From positions 24,494 to 88,493 of the IMG/VR virus record IMGVR_UViG_3300050161_000042: 64,000 nt of DNA; one strand, 5' to 3'. The notes under the pieces are model-generated. The model ran no database searches. It worked only from the letters and a program-made list of their open reading frames with translations, and was not told the DNA's origin. Shown here one piece after another: positions 56,801 to 64,000 of this stretch (position 1 is the stretch's first letter; every line of letters begins with the position of its first letter). The translations under genes and the position numbers were made by a program. Origin of the DNA: a virus. Taxonomy: Duplodnaviria; Caudoviricetes.

Positions 56801-58758
56801 AACCTGAGCCACAGGGCGGATTCTTTAACTACAATTTATACAAGAATAAACTATCGTTAGATAACATCAATTCAATTCTGAATAAGAATGTAAGACCTCC
56901 AGTTATTAAGAATATGATGTTTCCTATTGATCCAACTAATTTCATGAGAGATAATAGAATCTCTTCGTATGTTAGATTTGACAATAGTGAATTGTTAGAC
57001 TTTTCTTCTATTCCTTCTGACTCATTTTATCAAATGGCTATTACAGAAGCTGGATTAGTTCCTGGTACTACTCTAGATTTAGCTAATACTACCCCTGATA
57101 AATTTACTACGTTCTCTCCAAACTCTGAAACACATAAAGAGCTTGACAAAAGACCTACAAGCGTTGCGTTTGTTAGATGTGAGCTTGATGGTAAATTCTA
57201 TTTAGCTCCAAAAATTAAAGTATCTAGAGAAGTAGTTCACGGAAGAAATGTAGTACAGCACCACAAAGTAAAACCATCTAAGAGAACTTGGGATGTTGAA
57301 ACACAAAAAGAAGTGTTTACACTACCAGTATATGAAGCTAACTTTGTTCCAGAAACAAAATCTATCTATAACGAATTACAAGAAGACTTTGAAAGAAAAT
57401 CTTATCTTGAAGATGGTACAGAAGCTAGTGGAGCATTAGTACCAGACTACAAGAAGGGAACACTTATTGATGGAAATGGTCGTACAGTAATTGGAGAATT
57501 GATTAAGACCGATGTTCAAGATCAAGACCAAAACCATGTTTATGCTTTGATAACTTTACCTGGGGCTATTAGATCAAGAATCGATCAAAGATTTGCTGAT
57601 GGTATGTTTAAAACTAATCAGGGTGCTACTATTAGCCACATTCTAACAGAAGATGTGGTTAAGAATATTCCTGGTTTTGAAGAACCAGCATTTAAGACCG
57701 GCCCTGATGCTATAGTTTTCAATACAACCCCGCTTACTGAAAACAGTGTAGACAAGCTCAAGAATATGTTTAAGGTTCCAGATGATAAAGTATCTTCTGC
57801 TGCCAATGCGTACAAAGCTGCCATGAAAGCTATGCAGTATTCGATGAATAATGTATTGAATATTTCTATGCCTTCTCCTAAGTATCCAGACATGGTTGCC
57901 TTACCCCTTATGTCTAAAGAAAGATGCTATGGACCTTGGATTTCATCTTATTCTAACCCAGAAGCTATAAGCTACAAAAACATTCCAGGGAAAGTTGAGT
58001 TCATTAAAGACGAATCCCTGTCGCCCTGGACCTATAATGGATATGATCTAATGAATGAGGCTGGACTTCTACAAGCCCAGTTCTCTAATAGTTTGATGCT
58101 ATTCTCAGAAAATGGAAATATTTCCTTTATGGGATTGCCTTCTGGTAACTGTTTACTAAAGCCACTTATGAATGGTGGTCCGTTAGTAACTAGTATAGAT
58201 ATCAGTATTGATTCATCTAATGGTGTGTCTACAAACTATAATATGGCTACATATACTCCTAGATTTGGAAACTTACAGAAACAAAAGAGCGATTTGATTT
58301 CTAAGATTTCTAGAGAGACACAAAGAATAAGAGACGAAAAGAATAACATAATCAGAAAGGGACTAAAAAGAACTACTGATTACGAATCAAGAAACGCTAC
58401 TTATGAAAATATTAACAACGCAGGTAAGTTTATTCAGGGTCTTAGTGATTATGCAAGGACAATGCAAGAGTCACAAGAACTTACACACGTACCAGTATTC
58501 GCTTCTCAGGATGTTATGAACACTGAGAACAATCAACTTATTACACATACAGAAGTTCACTCATCTACTAAAATTGAAAACAGCAAGAAGAAGACAATCA
58601 CGCTCGCTACCGACGCAAGACAGCAGATTAACAAAAATCTTTACACAACACACGGTATACCAATGGAAGGTGTATCAAAAGATATGAACGTATTTATTCC
58701 AAATTTTGTTAGCAAGAAAGAAAGCCCACTAGAAGATATAGACGAACTATTTACATAG
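53845..58758 (+). CDS. Putative baseplate hub / tail-tip protein
   Basis: 1637 aa. FLG.TV..F.V.GG....S.L.I.L and FGGILQNY.Q...Y.VSVTDPREIL resemble hub proteins; C-terminal coiled segment. Confidence 0.5.
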   Translation: MEDPGINPSRLFYGDNWPTQPAVPDQFSSAEWTIDASQDPLHPNGPRRLTRPFVQQTFLGCTVIDFNVNGGFGDSSSSLSISLIQDEYNKSDGFALGVGDDQYHNGLFDLFRAPPVGSPVFFKFGPNHATIPQAWIKTLDDLYSYNTIGSVQRTSRVVNRITSLREGEEFVDIDLSNTPQQKDYVVWDYGDLDNINNNYRGAEHFVFGGILQNYSQDSSSGGDPKYSVSVTDPREILSNTTMILNNYSNSTFDLPNLFNVFGFLEYNPTKGLRETIDGFYGPNKFMFSKIVNADGSTTYRGGYDVSRNISYPMFTDAYVTNSLLSYLALSNSDPSRNNPPSLGLFPNVFPYTGTSYSRRTDRGIPMYRVVQAMNSMMGFYGKLPEEYELKKFGKLINFRGFNYVVDFGGLPINKIPPSYCLDFDQMNLLEFCQEICDVTSHDFYVSLLPVIDHPALYNIHQYNVEKIQEGKLSDVVVGVIRIDSVDRSKKPNYGVISTFIENLKVMGSEIISSKEGFELSNVPTDKFVVGAQEVEMYFFTGNGDRDLIYVRKQKGSQFVIDRLSEKLKEQWFLSDSLRQQILPFYGFLGKDCVTIPRGYGSFQQILLDSSSLNANGVGNYYIATELELRAAAVSYQSWKDFLMQYNNLYMESMDDDDALQGAVLQTSTVPTQLEASMAPYSFSEKYGVTVPRCVFRSDKNYVKDNGVPFSPCSPPYGYPLYYKRATSIGLPEAGIAGFSAAVANLLDNLETFKNKDDQNFKEVMNSFWSKKLEDSQLIGADPKEIEIINYIKDRLNNANQNDIPSIISLVEEKVKQEKALYKDIAKTAEEQDENAQRVYDFVKSAANNIGTKFLVKIPKESNPFFDKNITLKSSVGVLGADEEIFEIDKGPFGFKPRSISSDIDYSKSQGFITKVEEARSYVNGNPHNKFNVILGYGTKKTGLSSLDLGADSITEGIGGSGLFDLTYGALKSEYDAISNTHIFNYEPEPQGGFFNYNLYKNKLSLDNINSILNKNVRPPVIKNMMFPIDPTNFMRDNRISSYVRFDNSELLDFSSIPSDSFYQMAITEAGLVPGTTLDLANTTPDKFTTFSPNSETHKELDKRPTSVAFVRCELDGKFYLAPKIKVSREVVHGRNVVQHHKVKPSKRTWDVETQKEVFTLPVYEANFVPETKSIYNELQEDFERKSYLEDGTEASGALVPDYKKGTLIDGNGRTVIGELIKTDVQDQDQNHVYALITLPGAIRSRIDQRFADGMFKTNQGATISHILTEDVVKNIPGFEEPAFKTGPDAIVFNTTPLTENSVDKLKNMFKVPDDKVSSAANAYKAAMKAMQYSMNNVLNISMPSPKYPDMVALPLMSKERCYGPWISSYSNPEAISYKNIPGKVEFIKDESLSPWTYNGYDLMNEAGLLQAQFSNSLMLFSENGNISFMGLPSGNCLLKPLMNGGPLVTSIDISIDSSNGVSTNYNMATYTPRFGNLQKQKSDLISKISRETQRIRDEKNNIIRKGLKRTTDYESRNATYENINNAGKFIQGLSDYARTMQESQELTHVPVFASQDVMNTENNQLITHTEVHSSTKIENSKKKTITLATDARQQINKNLYTTHGIPMEGVSKDMNVFIPNFVSKKESPLEDIDELFT

Positions 58759-58768
58759 GATAAAGGAC

Positions 58769-61700
58769 ATGGGATCAAATTATAATCACGTATTTTTCAC
58801 AGACAATAAGATAATGAAGGAAGTTGGTCTATCTAGATTTACTCTAGAAGAACTAACAAACTACTGTCAGTCTTATGGTAAAAACCTAGAGAACGTAGAT
58901 TTCATTACTAGTGGTGGATCAACGCCAGATCCTAGTGGTCTGTATAAAGCTCTAACTGGGAATGGTACGCTGATACAAAAGCCTGCCCTATTAGCTTGGA
59001 ATCCAGATTCTTCTAACTACAAGTACAGAGAACTAACAGACTATAGATTTATGTTCTCTTCTTCTTCAACGAAGCAGATAGATACTGTCATAGAAGCAAA
59101 TAGAAGATATCTACAGACTAAACACAAGAGAGATAATGATACAAATGATTACTACTCTGGGGTCTCATATACACACGACAAGAATACTAAGTTTATTAAT
59201 CAGATAAACACAAGTGCTTCTGGATGTATTACATTTAAGCCAACCCTTAAATACTTTTTATCAACTTCACAAAATGGTCAAAGTATAGAGTTCTCTCCTG
59301 TAATCAGATTATACCTAAGAGACCCAGAATCTGATCTATCACCTGAAAATGAGATGGCTTTAAAAACGCCAATAATTTCCGACATACCTAGCACGAAGGG
59401 CGGAATGGATTACGGTTATTCTGTAAGTAAATTCTATGAGGTTCAGGACGGTATTGCGTCAGTAAGGTCTCCAATCAATGGTGGTATCGACAACTTGGAT
59501 AACAAAGTTGCCGGATATCTAGACACATACTTTAATGAAAACACCGGACTGTTTGAAGCTGGTACAAAGATAATGCTAGTTAAGCTACTTGCTGATCTTC
59601 CTGGTATTGAAATTCCAGGTGTAGATGTAGAAACTATCAATGATTCAAGCTTCTTAGATTTCTACGGAGATAACGCAGAACAAAATCAAGCTGGTAATTT
59701 TGATCCAGCAACACACATTGTAGATGCCCTATGTTTATATGTCCACAATGGGAACAAAAGATTCTTTGGCCCTATGTTCATAGATAAGGACAATGAGACA
59801 AACAAAAAAGAAATCATTCGTATTACTAATAGAACTCCCTCTAACTTTTCAGTAAATGAAATTGTATTTGTTGCTAATATAGATGGTGAGTGGATTCCAC
59901 TAAAATTTGGCTCTGGTTCTGGTGGTTCTGCTTCCGCTAAGGTTGAGAACTGGAGCTTCACTAAGCTTATAGCTGATTCAGATTCATACTTTAGAGACGA
60001 TAGATACTATAGGGCAATGAAGATCTATGGAAATACAGATAGTCTTCCTCAATATGCAAAAGGTATTATTTCTTCTGAGTCTTACACTCAAAAGATAAGA
60101 AACAAATACTATAAAGATTTACATTCTATCAATCCACAAATAGCTGAATTAAATATAGACGCTTCTATTTTAAATGATCCTGTTCAATACGATATTGTCC
60201 CAAGTAAAAGATACAGTCAATCTACGGTGTTCGATCAACTAGGGACTTTTATGGGTGGTAAAAATCCTAAGAATCTTATTGCTAGATCTAATTTTGATAA
60301 TGCCCCAGATGGTAGCTTATACGATGTCGAAAATCAGCACGATGAACAGTTCCTGGGTTTTTGGGGTCCACAATTTATAGATGGATACAAATCAAACGAA
60401 GTACAAAAACTTTTAGATAAAAAGAATTCATTAGTGATGGATTTAGCTGGTGGTGATCCAACTTCGTTCTTTTCGCCATATATTGGCTCCTCTTCTGCTC
60501 CTGCTGTAACAGACATAGGTGCTGGTTCAAGAAACATATCGTTATCTTATTCAAGCCCAAGTGGTATGTTTGGTGATGGTTTAGATAAGGTTGCTAAGAA
60601 TCTTCCAGCAGAAGTAGCTACAAACGCCCCAATCACCCCTAAAGGTTTTGGTTCGCCCATAGAAGATATAAGATATATTATGAATGCCCTTGATGGCACT
60701 AGTAATCTGGTAACTTCCACAAAGAGCTTACTTGCTAAGAATCAGTATGGTTTTCAGCCTAGATTTAACTGGTTATACCAACCATCTGCTGATAGTGGTA
60801 TTTACAATCCTGTATACAACTTAACGCCCATTAATCCCGCTAAGGTTGATTTCTTCTCCCTAACGGCAGAAATGATATCTAGCACAGACTATGATGGATA
60901 TAATGGTAACATAAGAAATCATGGGAATCCAGAGCTTATGAGGATGTTCTTCAATAGTCCCACATACGGCAAACACCTATTTGGTGATGACTTTTTCTTC
61001 CTAAGAAATTCATCCTTTGAAGATATGTTTAGTATGGGATTTAGAAAACATGGAAACTTTGGCCCTGTTGGTCAAGTAATAAAGGTAATTCCCTATGACA
61101 AATATGTTCTTAAAAAGTCAAGTGGTGATGTGGGCGATTTCTTCCTTCCAAACACATGGGAAGATGAAACTGGTGATGCTGTTGGTGTAATCTCTTCAAG
61201 ATGTAGAATTAAACTAAGCGGAACAAACCAAATCAAATTGAAATGTACCCAACAGTTTGGAATTCCTGCTAGAAATTGGACACAGATAATAGATGGTCAG
61301 TTCTTCCAAAGAAAAGATCCAAGATGGGGAGGATTATCTGATAGACCTCAAGACTTCAATACAACCGCCCTACATGTTAAGGTATATGATTCTTGGCCCG
61401 TAGAACAGACAATCTTTGACTCAAGATATTTCGCCGTATTTCACTTCAATCCTGGTATAGAAATGCCCGCAGAGGTGGATGATGCTGGTATCGATAAGGC
61501 AACAGAAACTGTAGATTTTAGAGAACCAACACTTGTTAATAATTCATTAATGGGTCTTGGATCGTTTGACCTTAGTACAGCTATGGCATTACCTCAAAAC
61601 TGGAGGGTAAATACCTCAAGTAGGGGTAAAATGTTAACCTTGGGTGGATATACACACATCAGAAAAGTATCTGGAATTGATCCTTCTACGGTAAATATTA

Positions 61701-62188
61701 TCAATGGTGGAGAAAATTATGTCGTAGGAGACAAGCTTAAAGGCTCTGGTATTGGGCAAAAAGTAGAAGTAGAAGTCACCTCTGTTGGGTCAAACGGTAT
61801 CATTACGGGGATTAACGTAACAGATAAAGGTGTAAATGTTCTAGCTTCCGAGCTTGAAAATGGAGTCTTGATAGGTGGTTCTGGTAGAAATTCTGAGATA
61901 AGATTTACCGGCGGTCTAGTGTATGAAAGAGTTTTTACAGATCTTGGACCACAAGAAAGAGTTACTACAACAAGACTTACAGATCCAAGTAATCAAGGAC
62001 AAGGAAATAATAACGATTGGACTGTTACAGGAATTAAGCAACAATTGTTACTTATAGAAGAACCTAACAGCAATGGAAAGTATGATTTATTCTTTCATTA
62101 TCACAATGATATCACGCATACTGTCCAATCTGCCAATTCTTTTATTGGTAAGGTACAGAGAGTTTTACTAGAAATAACTGTGGAATAA
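58769..62188 (+). CDS. Large virion structural protein (tail-tip associated)
   Basis: 1139 aa. C-terminal IINGGENYVVGD...VTSVGSNGIITGINVTDKG is a recurrent virion beta-module. Confidence 0.5.
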   Translation: MGSNYNHVFFTDNKIMKEVGLSRFTLEELTNYCQSYGKNLENVDFITSGGSTPDPSGLYKALTGNGTLIQKPALLAWNPDSSNYKYRELTDYRFMFSSSSTKQIDTVIEANRRYLQTKHKRDNDTNDYYSGVSYTHDKNTKFINQINTSASGCITFKPTLKYFLSTSQNGQSIEFSPVIRLYLRDPESDLSPENEMALKTPIISDIPSTKGGMDYGYSVSKFYEVQDGIASVRSPINGGIDNLDNKVAGYLDTYFNENTGLFEAGTKIMLVKLLADLPGIEIPGVDVETINDSSFLDFYGDNAEQNQAGNFDPATHIVDALCLYVHNGNKRFFGPMFIDKDNETNKKEIIRITNRTPSNFSVNEIVFVANIDGEWIPLKFGSGSGGSASAKVENWSFTKLIADSDSYFRDDRYYRAMKIYGNTDSLPQYAKGIISSESYTQKIRNKYYKDLHSINPQIAELNIDASILNDPVQYDIVPSKRYSQSTVFDQLGTFMGGKNPKNLIARSNFDNAPDGSLYDVENQHDEQFLGFWGPQFIDGYKSNEVQKLLDKKNSLVMDLAGGDPTSFFSPYIGSSSAPAVTDIGAGSRNISLSYSSPSGMFGDGLDKVAKNLPAEVATNAPITPKGFGSPIEDIRYIMNALDGTSNLVTSTKSLLAKNQYGFQPRFNWLYQPSADSGIYNPVYNLTPINPAKVDFFSLTAEMISSTDYDGYNGNIRNHGNPELMRMFFNSPTYGKHLFGDDFFFLRNSSFEDMFSMGFRKHGNFGPVGQVIKVIPYDKYVLKKSSGDVGDFFLPNTWEDETGDAVGVISSRCRIKLSGTNQIKLKCTQQFGIPARNWTQIIDGQFFQRKDPRWGGLSDRPQDFNTTALHVKVYDSWPVEQTIFDSRYFAVFHFNPGIEMPAEVDDAGIDKATETVDFREPTLVNNSLMGLGSFDLSTAMALPQNWRVNTSSRGKMLTLGGYTHIRKVSGIDPSTVNIINGGENYVVGDKLKGSGIGQKVEVEVTSVGSNGIITGINVTDKGVNVLASELENGVLIGGSGRNSEIRFTGGLVYERVFTDLGPQERVTTTRLTDPSNQGQGNNNDWTVTGIKQQLLLIEEPNSNGKYDLFFHYHNDITHTVQSANSFIGKVQRVLLEITVE

Positions 62189-62189
62189 G

Positions 62190-62198
62190 GTGTATAAT
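62190..62198 (+). promoter_or_regulatory. Putative late promoter motif GTGTATAAT
   Basis: Exact 9-mer immediately after the 62188 stop, ~33 nt before 62232. Confidence 0.7.
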
Positions 62199-62231
62199 AC
62201 ATCGACCCTACTATAATGGAGAATATAAATA

Positions 62232-62930
62232 ATGCCTTCAATAAAATTTTACGCAACAGAATATAACTCGTCTAATTTGGGTGGAACAATAATTCCACAC
62301 GAAGCTGGATCGGGATTAGGTTTCTATGGTGCTGGTTATGGAGTTTCTGTGCCAATCGGTGGCAGACAGGATACTACATGGTTGACCAACTCTAATGGAA
62401 CAGCTACAGAAAGAATCCAACTTAACAACTCGAAATATGCTGGAACGAATCTAGTTTCCCTAAATGGCTCATCGGCTATTACTGTAGATAAGATTCCTAA
62501 CAACAAGTGCCCTCTGAATATCAGATTTGAGCATGATGAACCAGTTAGAGTACAGAATGTAAAAGCAAGATCGTTTAATAGAAATGATATTGCTCAACAT
62601 GCTAGTGGAGTTTCTACATTCCTTTACGAAGCTAGACACCCATCTAATAACCAAGCTTTAGATGATCTACAGTTTAAGGGTAGAAATGAAGCTACTTGGT
62701 TTGAATTCGACCCCGCAGAACCAATGTCAGATATGCCTATGACTAATTCCCCAGGAATGAGTGGATGCAATTCTGATACAAATGAAACTAATCCGGCACT
62801 TGGATACACAAGTACACAGGGGCCAGATCACGTTTCCAGAAGACACGATTGGTATGTTGCGATGTCGGTTGAACCACACACAATCGGATCGAAGCTATTC
62901 GGGCTGTATTTCAGTTGCGAATACCTCTAG
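62232..62930 (+). CDS. Hypothetical, probably virion protein
   Basis: 232 aa with GGAG RBS, its own promoter motif and a terminator. Confidence 0.6.
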   Translation: MPSIKFYATEYNSSNLGGTIIPHEAGSGLGFYGAGYGVSVPIGGRQDTTWLTNSNGTATERIQLNNSKYAGTNLVSLNGSSAITVDKIPNNKCPLNIRFEHDEPVRVQNVKARSFNRNDIAQHASGVSTFLYEARHPSNNQALDDLQFKGRNEATWFEFDPAEPMSDMPMTNSPGMSGCNSDTNETNPALGYTSTQGPDHVSRRHDWYVAMSVEPHTIGSKLFGLYFSCEYL

Positions 62931-62949
62931 GATTTAAAATAAAATAAAT

Positions 62950-62981
62950 AAAAAAGGGGAGCGTATTCTGCTCCCCTTTTT
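62950..62981. terminator. Bidirectional Rho-independent terminator
   Basis: AAAAAGGGGAGC-gtattct-GCTCCCCTTTTT perfect inverted repeat with A/T tracts on both sides, between convergent genes. Confidence 0.9.
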
Positions 62982-63004
62982 CGTTTTAGTAGTTAAGAAA
63001 CGAT

Positions 63005-63340
63005 TTACTCGTCCTTCTCTGGCTTTTGTCCAGGCTTCCAAATGGTCCATCCCTTGTTATCAAGGTACTTACCTTCTTTATCTTTCCTCTTAGGGAATAG
63101 ACTTCCACCCTTCTTATTTACGCCGAACGCGAGTCTGGCACCACAATCTAAGCATCTTAGTTCGTAGTACTCGTTATCGTCTACATTTCTAACGACGAAC
63201 CTTAGATTCTTACTGCCGCATTTACCGCAAGCAGTTTCTCCAAATACTTCCTGAAAGGATGCGATCTGACCGAATAGGTCTTTTTGTGAATCTCCATCGA
63301 ATTCTACAGAAAATGGTCCGTTGGTGTAGTTTAACTTCAT
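63005..63340 (-). CDS. Small zinc-ribbon protein
   Basis: CGKC...CLDC (two CxxC motifs) in 111 aa. Confidence 0.6.
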   Translation of the reverse strand: MKLNYTNGPFSVEFDGDSQKDLFGQIASFQEVFGETACGKCGSKNLRFVVRNVDDNEYYELRCLDCGARLAFGVNKKGGSLFPKRKDKEGKYLDNKGWTIWKPGQKPEKDE

Positions 63341-63347
63341 ATCTCAA

Positions 63348-64000
63348 TTACCTCTTAATAGAATCAGGTGTATTCAACGTTTGATTCGCATAACCATTCA
63401 GCAAGTCAATGGCTTCGCTAGCGATTCTCTTTGTCAATTTACCTGGATTCGTGACTTTTAATACCGTACTAATAAATTTGTCTCTATCAATACCTGCTCT
63501 ATCACAGAGAGTATTGATAAAGTTATCTTGCCTATCGCTTAGAGTTTCATCACTAGTATTTCCATCAGTAGGCTTTGTGCTAACAGCATTATTGATAGCC
63601 TGTCTGGATACTTCTGCGGTGTCTACTCTAGTTAGTTCTTCTGCTGCTGCATTCTTGATTCTTAGGGCTTTTCTTAATGCTCTAGCTTCTGCTCTGGTAC
63701 TTGCCATAGCGGAAGTAAATGGTAAGAATACCTGATCTGTATTTCCTAGCCAACAGTCGGCAACTTCTGCATATGTGAATTCTGAGAATTCTACTCTATA
63801 CACAACAGTCGCCCTACCTGGAATATCTGATTCTGTAGGTGGAAATACTTGTACTGGACCACTAAATACTGGTTCCCCAAATAGCAATGCAGATACTCTT
63901 CTGAGTCCATGAACATAAGGGAACTTTTTACCCTCTTCTTCTTTAAGTTCATCTTCTGTGAAAAGACTCATTACATAATCATTCCATGCTGGATCTGTTC
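63348..64000 (-). CDS. Putative ssDNA-annealing/recombination-type protein (5' truncated)
   Basis: The frame stays open beyond ATG 63971 to the window edge (TDPAWNDYVMSLF...). AMASTRAEARALRKAL.I...EE resembles Rad52/Sak-like annealing proteins. C-terminal LSDRQ...I..L...AS..ID helix motif. Confidence 0.4.
   Translation of the reverse strand, partial: TDPAWNDYVMSLFTEDELKEEEGKKFPYVHGLRRVSALLFGEPVFSGPVQVFPPTESDIPGRATVVYRVEFSEFTYAEVADCWLGNTDQVFLPFTSAMASTRAEARALRKALRIKNAAAEELTRVDTAEVSRQAINNAVSTKPTDGNTSDETLSDRQDNFINTLCDRAGIDRDKFISTVLKVTNPGKLTKRIASEAIDLLNGYANQTLNTPDSIKR

Noticed and set aside
11116-58680. Weaker promoter-like variants GTGTATGAT (11116), GTGTATCTC (28598), GTGTATCAA (~58670)
   Set aside because: They lie within coding sequence, and similar variants occur at random positions; not distinguishable from chance.
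40638-62188. Inteins or introns inflating the giant genes
   Set aside because: No Hint-type C...HN boundaries, LAGLIDADG/HNH motifs or frame interruptions were seen.
28783-62930. Contractile injection system or tailocin interpretation
   Set aside because: Capsid, decoration and neck genes are present and no sheath-like gene was recognised; this is a phage virion module.
1887-63735. Numerous short antisense and alternate-frame ORFs in the ORF track (e.g. 4615-5079, 11680-12081, 26100-26513, 37521-38093, 63409-63735)
   Set aside because: They lie inside long, well-supported genes, lack RBS, and are shadows of biased Thr/Gly/Ala or Lys/Glu codon usage.
1-64000. Alternative genetic code (TAG or TGA reassignment as in some large phages)
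   Set aside because: ORFs up to 3646 aa are intact in the standard code, and TAG stops (6088, 12910, 17283, 18478) are followed by the next gene's start rather than by a continuation of the same protein.
1-64000. CRISPR arrays, tRNA or rRNA genes
   Set aside because: Intergenic gaps are short (mostly under 60 nt, maximum ~170 nt) and show no repeat-spacer or cloverleaf pattern.

Overview
Morphogenesis (late) region of a large tailed dsDNA bacteriophage, AT-rich and read in the standard genetic code; host unknown. The + strand carries a dense, translationally coupled run of genes. It opens with the scaffold C-terminus, a decoration protein and an HK97-type major capsid protein followed by a terminator. 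Next come virion proteins and an embedded DUF3431 + UDP-galactopyranose mutase (glf) cassette, then a head-tail adaptor. A ~17 kb island of Thr/Ser/Gly-rich fibre genes follows and ends in a GT-A glycosyltransferase. After that lie neck genes, an internally duplicated tail-tube protein, two paralogous chaperone-like genes, a tape measure protein split by a frameshift, a 3646-aa FG-GAP tail-tip protein and further tail-tip genes. A bidirectional terminator at ~62.95 kb separates this from convergent minus-strand genes. No sheath gene, tRNA, CRISPR array, integrase or reverse transcriptase was seen. Most notable: (1) a candidate virion galactofuranose-glycosylation system, (2) a nuclease-like cargo domain inside the tape measure, (3) a recurrent GTGTATAAT late-promoter motif, (4) long/short fibre pairs sharing terminal domains, and (5) apparent absence of GCGC. 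All protein calls come from motif recognition by eye; no database searches were run.
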